Under the pieces are notes generated by a model. It had not been told where the DNA came from. It worked only from the letters and a program-made list of their open reading frames with translations, and ran no database searches. The position numbers were made by a program, and so were the translations under genes. Source: Candidatus Jordarchaeia archaeon (GTDB taxonomy: Archaea > Asgardarchaeota > Jordiarchaeia > Jordiarchaeales > Jordiarchaeaceae). From it: a stretch of DNA of 12,258 nt. The stretch spans positions 1-12,258 of the forward strand of contig JAHQXB010000006.1 of assembly GCA_029856435.1 (NCBI GenBank), written 5' to 3'. Shown here in pieces: positions 1 to 6,986 of the stretch. Position 1 is the stretch's first letter. Each line of letters begins with the position of its first letter.

Positions 1-9
1 CACCGCGGC

Positions 10-321
10 TTAGATCTGTTCCATGTCTGGTGGTTTGAGTTTCTCCAGTACGGCGTCTGTTGATGGGGGTTGCTGGCCGAATTCTTTGAGGAGTTCAACA
101 ACCTGCTCCACGCTGACTTCGTGTATGCCTGCCGGGAAGGGGATGAGAGGGAACCAGTGTTCCGGGTATTTCATGTGGGGCAGCGCCATTCCCGGGGGGT
201 TCTGGTTCAAAACGTCAAACTTAAGTTTCATCAGTAAGTTTTTGTTGGGTCTTCTTGGAAGTTGCTTCATGAGGGGAGAACCCTCAATTAGGGCGGGGTT
301 GTTCAGAGTGACCCCGCCCAT
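10..321 (-). CDS. Hypothetical proline-rich protein (~103 aa from ATG 321; frame is open to 402)
   Basis: Minus-strand ORF with protein-like composition (EVSVEQVVELLKEFGQ), whereas the overlapping plus-strand ORF reads as a Ser/Gly-rich shadow. A GGAGGTGA motif lies at 348-341, rather far (19 nt) from ATG 321, so the start is uncertain. No family recognised. Confidence 0.5.
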   Translation of the reverse strand: MGGVTLNNPALIEGSPLMKQLPRRPNKNLLMKLKFDVLNQNPPGMALPHMKYPEHWFPLIPFPAGIHEVSVEQVVELLKEFGQQPPSTDAVLEKLKPPDMEQI

Positions 322-492
322 CTTATTGGTCCTTTTTTTGTCACCTCCGCAAATGTTTCCTACCCCTCCACAACCTAAGTTCTTTTCTATAGCATAAACC
401 AAACTAAAATAAAATAAAAATTAAGTTAACAATTCGAAAGTACTGCCTTTGAGACGTAGCCAGACTATTCTGCGTTGCCTTCATCTCTCTCG

Positions 493-507
493 TAAAGTTT
501 ATTATTG
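493..507 (+). promoter_or_regulatory. Candidate archaeal BRE/TATA promoter for the LysE-family gene
   Basis: Purine-rich TAAAG followed by TTTATTAT, about 40 nt upstream of ATG 546. Confidence 0.35.
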
Positions 508-545
508 AGAAGAATTTCACGTCTTATAAAAAAGAAGGGAAGCTA

Positions 546-1352
546 TTGCTCATAGAGCTCCTATTGTTATTTAGTATGAGTTTCATCATCGGCCTGTCGG
601 GAGCCCTAACACCTGGCCCTTTACTAGTCATTACGATAAATAAATCCTTTGAGGGGGGCTTCAGAAAGGGTGGAACCACTGTCTTTGGTCATCTTATCAT
701 AGAGGGCATTTTGATTTTTGTACTATGTCTAGGTTTGGGCACAGTTTTGGACCAGGATTGGCTCAAGACAATCATAGCAATTGTTGGAGGTCTGGGCTTA
801 ATCTTGCTTGGAGGATACACTGTGTACTCTGCATGGAGGGGAAAAATAAGGTATCCGGTAAACAATTTAAATGGTGAAGGGGTGGGGAACGAAGCAATGG
901 TAGAAAATGGCGCAAACATTGAAGAAACAAACTGGAGGCAAAGTATACTTAATAACTCTGTGGTTATGGGTCTAACAGCTACAGCGTCTAATCCATTCTA
1001 CTGGGTCTGGTGGATAACCATAGGCGCCGCCATTTTTCAGTATGCACCCACACTTGCAGGAATAACAACCAGCAATCCATTGTTTTGGATGCTTGGAAAT
1101 TATTCTAGCTTGGTTTTTCAGCAGGGATTTGATTTAGGTTACCTGATTATAGGCTCCGTAGTTTTGGGCTGGATTTTCTTGGCGGCAGGTCATTTCTCCA
1201 GTGATGTGGTGTGGTATACCCTAGTTTCATTCATGGTTGCAAAGGGCAGAGTTTTTCTGACCCAACAAAAGTACAGGATAATAATCATAGTGTGTGGTAC
1301 AGCATTGATGATTCTGGGAGCGTGGTTTCTTGTAAGTCCCATCCTAGGTTAG
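546..1352 (+). CDS. LysE/RhtB-family membrane exporter (translocator)
   Basis: N-terminal GLSGALTPGPL motif, G..T.FGH..IE helix, conserved SNPFYWVWWITIG and GHFSSD..WY segments, several hydrophobic helices and a C-terminal CG..L..LG.WF. Confidence 0.88.
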   Translation: MLIELLLLFSMSFIIGLSGALTPGPLLVITINKSFEGGFRKGGTTVFGHLIIEGILIFVLCLGLGTVLDQDWLKTIIAIVGGLGLILLGGYTVYSAWRGKIRYPVNNLNGEGVGNEAMVENGANIEETNWRQSILNNSVVMGLTATASNPFYWVWWITIGAAIFQYAPTLAGITTSNPLFWMLGNYSSLVFQQGFDLGYLIIGSVVLGWIFLAAGHFSSDVVWYTLVSFMVAKGRVFLTQQKYRIIIIVCGTALMILGAWFLVSPILG

Positions 1353-1381
1353 CCACTCAAGGACATCTAACTATTGATGGG

Positions 1382-1400
1382 AAAATTGGGCAATTTTTTT
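1382..1400 (+). terminator. Candidate terminator or palindrome downstream of the LysE-family gene
   Basis: AAAATTG-GG-CAATTTT palindrome (1382-1397) running into a 7-T tract (1394-1400), 30 nt after the stop codon. Confidence 0.35.
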
Positions 1401-1453
1401 GAGTGGGCTGAACATATTTTGTCTTTTCTAAGAGGAATTTGTGTGGGAGAGAT

Positions 1454-2035
1454 ATGAGCTGGGAAAAAAAGGTTATGGACACTGTTAAAAATTATCTGCA
1501 GGGGGAAGGCGGCCATGATTATGAGCACACCCTCAGAGTATATAATCTTTGTATGAAGCTCGCAAAACTTGAGGGGGGAGAAGTGGAGGTTCTTAAAGCC
1601 GCTTCTCTTTTACATGATATCGCTCGCCCTCTTGAATTAACATTGGGTGTCTCACATGCAATAAAAAGTGCGGAAATCGCTGAACAAATTTTGAGGCAAA
1701 CAGACTTCCCAGAAATTAAAATCGAAAAGGTATGCAGAGTGATAAGAACGCACAGGTTCACAGAGGGGATCGAAGCTCGGGAATTAGAGGAGAAAATCCT
1801 CAGAGACGCAGATAGATTGGACGCGATGGGCGCAATTGGGATCGCCAGAGCCTTCATGTTTGGGGGCAAAAACGGGCGCAGCCTGGGAGAAACAATTAAG
1901 CATTTCCACGAAAAGCTGTTAGTTCTAAAAGAAAAAATGTATACGGATAATGCAAAAAAGATATCTATTGAGCGGCACAAGTTTATGGAGCAATTTCTAG
2001 ATAAACTACAAAAGGAAGTTTTGGGAGAAGAATAG
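1454..2035 (+). CDS. HD-domain metal-dependent phosphohydrolase (YedJ/YpgQ-like)
   Basis: GHD..HT.RV, LLHDI, H...SA, I..HRF and RDADRLDAMGAIGIARAF motifs. ATG 1454 is preceded by GGGAGA; the frame opens at TTG 1439. Confidence 0.9.
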   Translation: MSWEKKVMDTVKNYLQGEGGHDYEHTLRVYNLCMKLAKLEGGEVEVLKAASLLHDIARPLELTLGVSHAIKSAEIAEQILRQTDFPEIKIEKVCRVIRTHRFTEGIEARELEEKILRDADRLDAMGAIGIARAFMFGGKNGRSLGETIKHFHEKLLVLKEKMYTDNAKKISIERHKFMEQFLDKLQKEVLGEE

Positions 2036-2142
2036 AAACGAATCACCACTTTAAATTATAGTTAAAAAACATCCAAAAAGAAATAAAAGCAGGTATAGTA
2101 AAAGCGTGTCTCTGTGATTAGCAGTATATTTAGGTGGTGCAA

Positions 2143-2571
2143 ATGCCTAAGGAGTACCCGTGTAGGCCTTTGTTAGGCGTTGGAAGTGTCATTGTCTCAG
2201 GGGGAAAGGTGGTGCTCGTTAGAAGGGGAAGTAACCCTGACTATGGATTATGGTCAATCCCTGGAGGGCTGGTAAACCCGGGGGAAACATTAAGAGAAGC
2301 TTGCGCTAGGGAATCATTTGAGGAAACGGGTATTGTGGTGGAGGTTAAAGAGCCTTTAGAGATTTTGGATAGAATTGTTTATGATGATGAGGGACGTGTA
2401 CAATACCATTTCGTAATCATAGATTATCGCGCTGATCCCAAAGGAGGAAGACTTAAAGCCAGCACAGACGCTATAGAAGCGATTTACGTGGATTTTAAAG
2501 ATTTAAAGAACTATCAGATAACAGAAACAGTAAAGAACTTGCTAAGAAAAGTGGGAATAATGAAGGACTAA
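2143..2571 (+). CDS. Nudix hydrolase (ADP-ribose pyrophosphatase-like)
   Basis: Nudix box GGLVNPGETLREACARESFEETG, N-terminal YP.RP..GVG and downstream YHFVIIDY. GGTGGTG Shine-Dalgarno precedes ATG 2143; alternative GTG at 2134. Confidence 0.9.
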   Translation: MPKEYPCRPLLGVGSVIVSGGKVVLVRRGSNPDYGLWSIPGGLVNPGETLREACARESFEETGIVVEVKEPLEILDRIVYDDEGRVQYHFVIIDYRADPKGGRLKASTDAIEAIYVDFKDLKNYQITETVKNLLRKVGIMKD

Positions 2572-2760
2572 TAAGAGAGTTTGTAGGTTTTGGTTGGTAT
2601 AGTTACCAAGAATACTTGCGAAATGGTTGAGCCTTCTTTTTAAGCCCCATTCAGCGAGGAAGACTGTATATTTGTCCAGACACAAAAGTTGACAAACAAT
2701 GGAGGGAAAACAAGGATTGAAATTTTAACAGGAGTACTGTCAGGACAGTTTAAAATAAAA

Positions 2761-3156
2761 TCAGTCCTTTACCAGGCCTTTCAGTTTCTCCTCCAAGTCT
2801 ATTGGTTCTTCTTCTCCTCTTCTCTTATACATTATTCGAGGCTCTACACCTTCTAGTTTGCGCTCTATTCTCATTATGTCGATCTTGTCCAGTTTTCTCT
2901 CTATTCTTCTATAGGCTACCAGCATAATTACAGCGTCCTCTATTTGTTCCACAATTTTGGGTTTGGTGCTTTTTAGATTTTCGAGATAGTTTAGGGCGTC
3001 AGGAAGTAAAATATATTTTAGTACCATTTCTTTCTTTTCTTTCAGTTCTTGTTGTGGGTCTTGTTGCTTTTCTTTTTGTTCCTTTCGCGCTAAGCTTCTC
3101 TGCATTAACTCAATCATTTTTCTGCGTCTAATGGCTTCAAGTTCTTCGTCGGACAT
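2761..3156 (-). CDS. PDCD5-family (MTH1615-like) DNA-binding protein, variant with C-terminal extension
   Basis: MSDEELEAIRRRKM.EL start, IL.P.A...L..LK..KP......E core and C-terminal IERKLEGVEPRI.YKRRG...L.EKL. GGAGG at 3168-3164 supports ATG 3156 over the ORF-track start at 3228. Confidence 0.8.
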   Translation of the reverse strand: MSDEELEAIRRRKMIELMQRSLARKEQKEKQQDPQQELKEKKEMVLKYILLPDALNYLENLKSTKPKIVEQIEDAVIMLVAYRRIERKLDKIDIMRIERKLEGVEPRIMYKRRGEEEPIDLEEKLKGLVKD

Positions 3157-3339
3157 TTTAACGCCTCCATACGTAGCAAATAGGTAGAAGTAATTATGTT
3201 TTTTGGTTAATTTTGCCCTATTAATCAACCTTTTTAAGTGGTTAAACGTATCATAACATAAAAAACATATGCAAATTTGATTTTAAAGGGCAAAACTTTA
3301 GAGTAAAAATAAGATAAATTAAATCTGGTGGGCTCCACT

Positions 3340-4125
3340 TTGAGTAGAGAAGAGTATACTATTAAAATTAAAAAAATTGACAATATTGATGAAGTGCTTT
3401 ATCTTATAGAGTCTCTCTACGCTAGTGGAGCCAGGGCAATTAATCTAGAAATGGAAACACCAGCCACGGCAGAACAGTTCGGAAAGATTCAAGATCTAAT
3501 TCTATCGCTTCCAGGATATGAAGTAACAATTAAAACACCCAGGAACATATCGCTCCAGGACATTATGGAGATGAGTCACAAGTCTATCCTGGAAACAGTA
3601 AGCAACTCGGTACTTCAATTAATGGTGGACATAATACAATCAATAGAATCCTTTGACTTGGCGAAAGCTGAGGCGGTGGAACTCGCACACGATAATGTTC
3701 ATAGATATGCCCAGAGATATCGCAGACAAGTTCATAGCGTCCCTTCAAAAAATGTAAAGGAGCTTCTTAATAACTCAGCTTACATATCAAACTTGGAGAA
3801 CATTGCGAATTATCTCTCATATATTGCCCACTCCTTAAGCCAACAAACGCTCCCCACAGAGGTTGCTAAGCAGATACTTAAAATTCTTGTTCCCGTGAAA
3901 GAATTTATGGATAAAACTATCCAAACTTTTATGGCAAAAAATACGGATAGGGTGAACTCCATCCTGCGAGAGGAAAGTACAATAAAGAAGAATATTGAAA
4001 ATTTTCTAAATAGTATACTCAACTATCCCGACAGAACAATGCGCCTAATAGTGGAGAGTATACTAATACATTCTCTAGAAATAATGCGTAATCTTCATCA
4101 AATATTAATAAATATTATTAAGTAG
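3340..4125 (+). CDS. PhoU-like phosphate-regulator paralog lacking the N-terminal AbrB domain
   Basis: I.SLY.SGA..I.L and I..L.GYEV middle-domain pattern of archaeal PhoU regulators, followed by two helical PhoU-like repeats (LENIANY...IA). Probable TTG start at 3340 with GGTGG upstream; the ORF track starts at GTG 3328. Confidence 0.65.
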   Translation: MSREEYTIKIKKIDNIDEVLYLIESLYASGARAINLEMETPATAEQFGKIQDLILSLPGYEVTIKTPRNISLQDIMEMSHKSILETVSNSVLQLMVDIIQSIESFDLAKAEAVELAHDNVHRYAQRYRRQVHSVPSKNVKELLNNSAYISNLENIANYLSYIAHSLSQQTLPTEVAKQILKILVPVKEFMDKTIQTFMAKNTDRVNSILREESTIKKNIENFLNSILNYPDRTMRLIVESILIHSLEIMRNLHQILINIIK

Positions 4126-4131
4126 TATTTA

Positions 4132-4239
4132 GGTGATGCAGATTTATTCGATTCCATCTCCCTAATAAAGCTCCAAATCGTGAAGGAAGCCCTATAAACA
4201 CCCCTTTTTTGAGGCGAAACCGAACAATTCTACATCACC
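4132..4239. mobile_element. MITE-like non-autonomous element (108 bp) with terminal inverted repeats and a 9-bp target-site duplication
   Basis: Left end GGTGATGCAGATTTATTCG versus reverse complement of the right end GGTGATGTAGAATTGTTCG (16/19; 22/29 when extended). Flanked by an exact direct repeat TAGTATTTA at 4123-4131 and 4240-4248. No coding capacity. Confidence 0.72.
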
Positions 4240-4352
4240 TAGTATTTAGACAACCATCAAGAAAACCGAATTATATCCACTGATACTTATAGAACAAAGC
4301 ATTTATCTCATGATTAACATTTTAATATATATTTTGGCTAGGCTACGCATTC

Positions 4353-4369
4353 AAAACGTTTAAGTGGTT
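4353..4369 (+). promoter_or_regulatory. Candidate BRE/TATA promoter for the 4408 gene
   Basis: AAAACG-TTTAAGTGGTT about 40-50 nt before TTG 4408. The same 11-mer TTTAAGTGGTT occurs at 3233-3243 in the PDCD5/PhoU divergent intergenic region. Confidence 0.4.
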
Positions 4370-4407
4370 TTAAGAACTAATATTTTATAACTGAGAGGTG
4401 TAAAAAT

Positions 4408-5007
4408 TTGAGTGAAGATAAGAAAGAAGGAGTTAAAAACCCGGGGACTAGCAGCTCACCACCTCCAAAAACAGCGTCCCCAGCTGTAGCAGTATCTGCC
4501 AGTAGTTCTAGAGAGGAAGAAATGTCAATGCTTCGAATGATGGTTACCATATTAGAAGATAGTGTTAACACAATGCTCAGAATAGAAAAAACCCTCAACG
4601 ATAGACTAAGCATGTTGGAGAAAAGGATGGTTGAAACTGAGAAAAGACTCTCTGACCGCATTGGGAACATTGGACTTTCAGGAACAGAAAAAATGGAGGA
4701 AGTTCTAGGCAAAGCGGTCAATGATATGCAAAAGGGAATGGAGATAATGGTTCTCCAAAATATGGTTGAAAAAGTGGAGCAACTCGCAGCGCAAGTTAGA
4801 GGCCAACCAGTGCCTGAGAAAAAGAAGCCCGCAGTGGAAGAGAAGAAAGAAGAAAAGTACATCCCGAGAGTTCAGAGGAGAGAAAGGGAAGAGAGAGAAT
4901 TTAGAGATCGATCAAAGGATAGAACAGAGTTTAGAGAGCCAGCCCCAAAAGAAGAAGGAGAAGAGCGTTTAGTTCGCCCATCAGACCTATTCGGCAGAGG
5001 TTACTAA
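4408..5007 (+). CDS. Hypothetical coiled-coil protein with disordered termini (199 aa)
   Basis: GAGGTG Shine-Dalgarno at 4395-4400 before TTG. Central heptad-pattern helices, a Ser/Pro-rich N-terminus and an E/K/R-rich tail ending RPSDLFGRGY. Confidence 0.75.
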   Translation: MSEDKKEGVKNPGTSSSPPPKTASPAVAVSASSSREEEMSMLRMMVTILEDSVNTMLRIEKTLNDRLSMLEKRMVETEKRLSDRIGNIGLSGTEKMEEVLGKAVNDMQKGMEIMVLQNMVEKVEQLAAQVRGQPVPEKKKPAVEEKKEEKYIPRVQRREREEREFRDRSKDRTEFREPAPKEEGEERLVRPSDLFGRGY

Positions 5008-5200
5008 GCCAAAAAATAATCAACAAAAATTTCTGTTATTTTCATCGTAAAACACTTTAAAACCTAAAAAACATTTATGCTACAAACTCTCCTCCTGTTA
5101 GGATTTCTAATTTGATTTCAATACACATAGCCTCTTAAAATGTTTTGCTGACCTGCCTTTTTATTTTATAACAAATGAAGTTGGAGAAACTTTTGGGGAT

Positions 5201-5674
5201 TTACCATCTGGTTTCTTGTTCTTGTTCTTCAAATTTTTGTTGTTGTTGGGATTTTATCTGAGCATCGATTTCTGCTTGCAAGTATTGTACTGCGTCTAAA
5301 AACCTGTTTAGTAGAATTAACATTTGAACACTCCAAATAGCGTCCTGCACATTTTCCAGAGTTGCCTTATGGGCTTTAACAGTTTCCTCACGCATCTGTT
5401 CGATGTTTATTTCCTGTATTTTACGTATCTCGGCGAGGATATTCGTGGTTGATTCATTAAGGTGCTGAATAGTTTTTGTTCTTTCAGAGCGTACCGTATT
5501 TGTTAGCTCCACCACTGTATGAATCATGTTAGTAATGTTTTCGCTGAAGAATTCTGTAAATTTCTGGATTTTATTGGTATAGTTTTCAATTAGAGTGGTT
5601 ACATTTTCTATCTTTGAGTATATATCGTTAAGGGCTTGTGTAACTAGAGGGATTATTGCTTCTGACGAAGACAT
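5201..5674 (-). CDS. Hypothetical all-helical coiled-coil protein (157 aa)
   Basis: ATG 5674 lies 1 nt after the upstream stop, with GGAGG embedded in the last codons of the upstream gene. Continuous heptad pattern and a Q/E-rich tail. Confidence 0.75.
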   Translation of the reverse strand: MSSSEAIIPLVTQALNDIYSKIENVTTLIENYTNKIQKFTEFFSENITNMIHTVVELTNTVRSERTKTIQHLNESTTNILAEIRKIQEINIEQMREETVKAHKATLENVQDAIWSVQMLILLNRFLDAVQYLQAEIDAQIKSQQQQKFEEQEQETRW

Positions 5675-5675
5675 T

Positions 5676-6134
5676 TTAAACCCCTCCCTCACTGGGTTGT
5701 AGCTCAGGTTTTACGGCTTGAGACCCGGTAGCTGCGGTAAGAATCTTCAGTGAGGCTTGGACGAGCTCCCTCATCATTGGTCTCAGCTTTTGGGGGTCTA
5801 GCTCAGCGTATACGAGTTTTAGAATTTCTTCCACAGCTTCTTTGGATTTGGTAAAAGTTTCGAGTTTTAGGATATCTTTCAGGTTTGCTACCTCAAAGGC
5901 GAAGGTGTTAAGAAGGGTTTCGACTTGGTCGGCAAAAATTTCTTCCTCTTCTCTTATTGTTCGAGTCAAGGTTTCAAGTGTTTGATTTATTTGTCTAATG
6001 CTTTTCTCCACGTTTTCCATCAATCCTGATAGAAGGTCATAGTTCTTTTGCATGACACTGAGAGAGTCGTCCAATTTCATAGAAATATTTTTAAATTGGA
6101 AAATAAATTTAGAGGCAGTACTATCTTCAGACAA
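5676..6134 (-). CDS. Hypothetical all-helical coiled-coil protein (152 aa)
   Basis: AGGTG Shine-Dalgarno before TTG 6134, heptad pattern, and translational coupling to the next gene. Confidence 0.75.
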   Translation of the reverse strand: MSEDSTASKFIFQFKNISMKLDDSLSVMQKNYDLLSGLMENVEKSIRQINQTLETLTRTIREEEEIFADQVETLLNTFAFEVANLKDILKLETFTKSKEAVEEILKLVYAELDPQKLRPMMRELVQASLKILTAATGSQAVKPELQPSEGGV

Positions 6135-6151
6135 ATTTTTACACCTAACTC

Positions 6152-6165
6152 TTCCTTTAAAGGAA
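6152..6165. promoter_or_regulatory. Perfect 14-bp palindrome, candidate operator
   Basis: TTCCTTTAAAGGAA is its own reverse complement and lies just upstream of the RBS of the 6134 gene. Confidence 0.35.
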
Positions 6166-6293
6166 TATATGCTCTTATGGAAATAAAAAACTTCCTAGTT
6201 TCAAAAATCAGTCCCGTGTTTCTAATAAAGTCTGATTTTTTCAAAAATTGGTGCAAATAACAATTAGGAGAGGCGTCCAAATTTTGGATTCTT

Positions 6294-6986
6294 TTATATA
6301 TTATCTAGTTTTAAACGTTTTATTGCTACTGCGCGGTTTTTTATTAATTCTTCGATGACCATTATGACCTCGCTTATGTCTCTTTTTAGAATTTTTGTTA
6401 GTTGACCAATATTATTTTCCCCATCTATCAATAGAAATAGATCTACAACCCAATCGCCGTATTTCTCTATTAACTCTTCGGACATTTTGTTGTTAATAAA
6501 TTCTAAGGTGAATATTTTCTTTACAGGTGTAGAAAAAACAGTCATTTCAGTCTGTGGGGGAATTTCTGTAAACGCATCAAAAATGGGTGCACCATTGTCC
6601 TTTGCACTTTTAAGTTGTCCAGAGTAGACTTTTAAGTGGGTTCCTCTCTGCCTCGCCATTTTTCTATCTAGCAAATTTTTGAACTTTTTAGTTGAGGCGT
6701 CTAAAGCCTTCTGAAAATCTTGGGCACCCTCTTGATAAACAATAACTAGATAGTAATCATAAAAGCGTGAGATTCCAATGTCATAATCCCGTACTCGGGC
6801 GGTTAGGGTATAAATGTTTATCACACCTAAGTAGAGTATTAGAGACTGCAACGTATCGATTAGATCACTGGGGAAGTGCGATATTACTACGCTACCATTT
6901 AAACCTAGAATACCAGCATATTTTATGTGTTCCATTTTTTCAGTCTCGCTTAATAAAGCCTCGAAATCCTCTATTAGTGAGTTCAT
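6294..6986 (-). CDS. Roadblock/longin/profilin-like N-terminal domain fused to a C-terminal winged helix-turn-helix
   Basis: N-terminal alpha-beta-beta-alpha-beta-beta-beta-alpha pattern (FEALL / IKYAGILGLNGSVVISHF / IYTLTARV / DYDIGISRF / YYLVIVY / FQKALD..KKFKNLL). C-terminal LFLLIDGENNIGQLTKILKRDISEVIMVIEELIKNRAV is a wHTH-type pattern. ATG 6986 has GTGGGG upstream; alternative GTG at 6998. Confidence 0.6.
   Translation of the reverse strand: MNSLIEDFEALLSETEKMEHIKYAGILGLNGSVVISHFPSDLIDTLQSLILYLGVINIYTLTARVRDYDIGISRFYDYYLVIVYQEGAQDFQKALDASTKKFKNLLDRKMARQRGTHLKVYSGQLKSAKDNGAPIFDAFTEIPPQTEMTVFSTPVKKIFTLEFINNKMSEELIEKYGDWVVDLFLLIDGENNIGQLTKILKRDISEVIMVIEELIKNRAVAIKRLKLDNI

Noticed and set aside
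23-397. 124-aa plus-strand ORF
   Set aside because: Ser/Gly/Cys-rich antisense shadow of the more protein-like minus ORF. This call is less certain than the other shadows because neither ORF has a recognised family.
689-2049. ORFs 689-919(-), 1211-1402(+) and 1519-2049(-)
   Set aside because: Antisense or off-frame overlaps of the well-supported LysE and HD genes; no motifs.
2127-4143. 16/18 match between TATTTAGGTGGTGCAAAT (2127) and TATTTAGGTGATGCAGAT (4126) as a second MITE end
   Set aside because: The 2127 copy is the Nudix RBS region and has no partner inverted repeat or TSD; the similarity is explained by the GGTG(A/G)TG SD-like core.
4136-4165. 9-codon ORF (MQIYSIPSP) behind AGGTG
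   Set aside because: Lies in the left arm of the MITE-like element; the mirror position in the right arm is ATG-TAG, so it is a by-product of the repeat.
3810-4972. ORFs 3810-4022(-), 4377-4862(-) and 4766-4972(+)
   Set aside because: Shadows of the PhoU-like and coiled-coil genes. The Ser/Phe/Leu-rich composition of the antisense ORFs is expected opposite E/K-rich frames.
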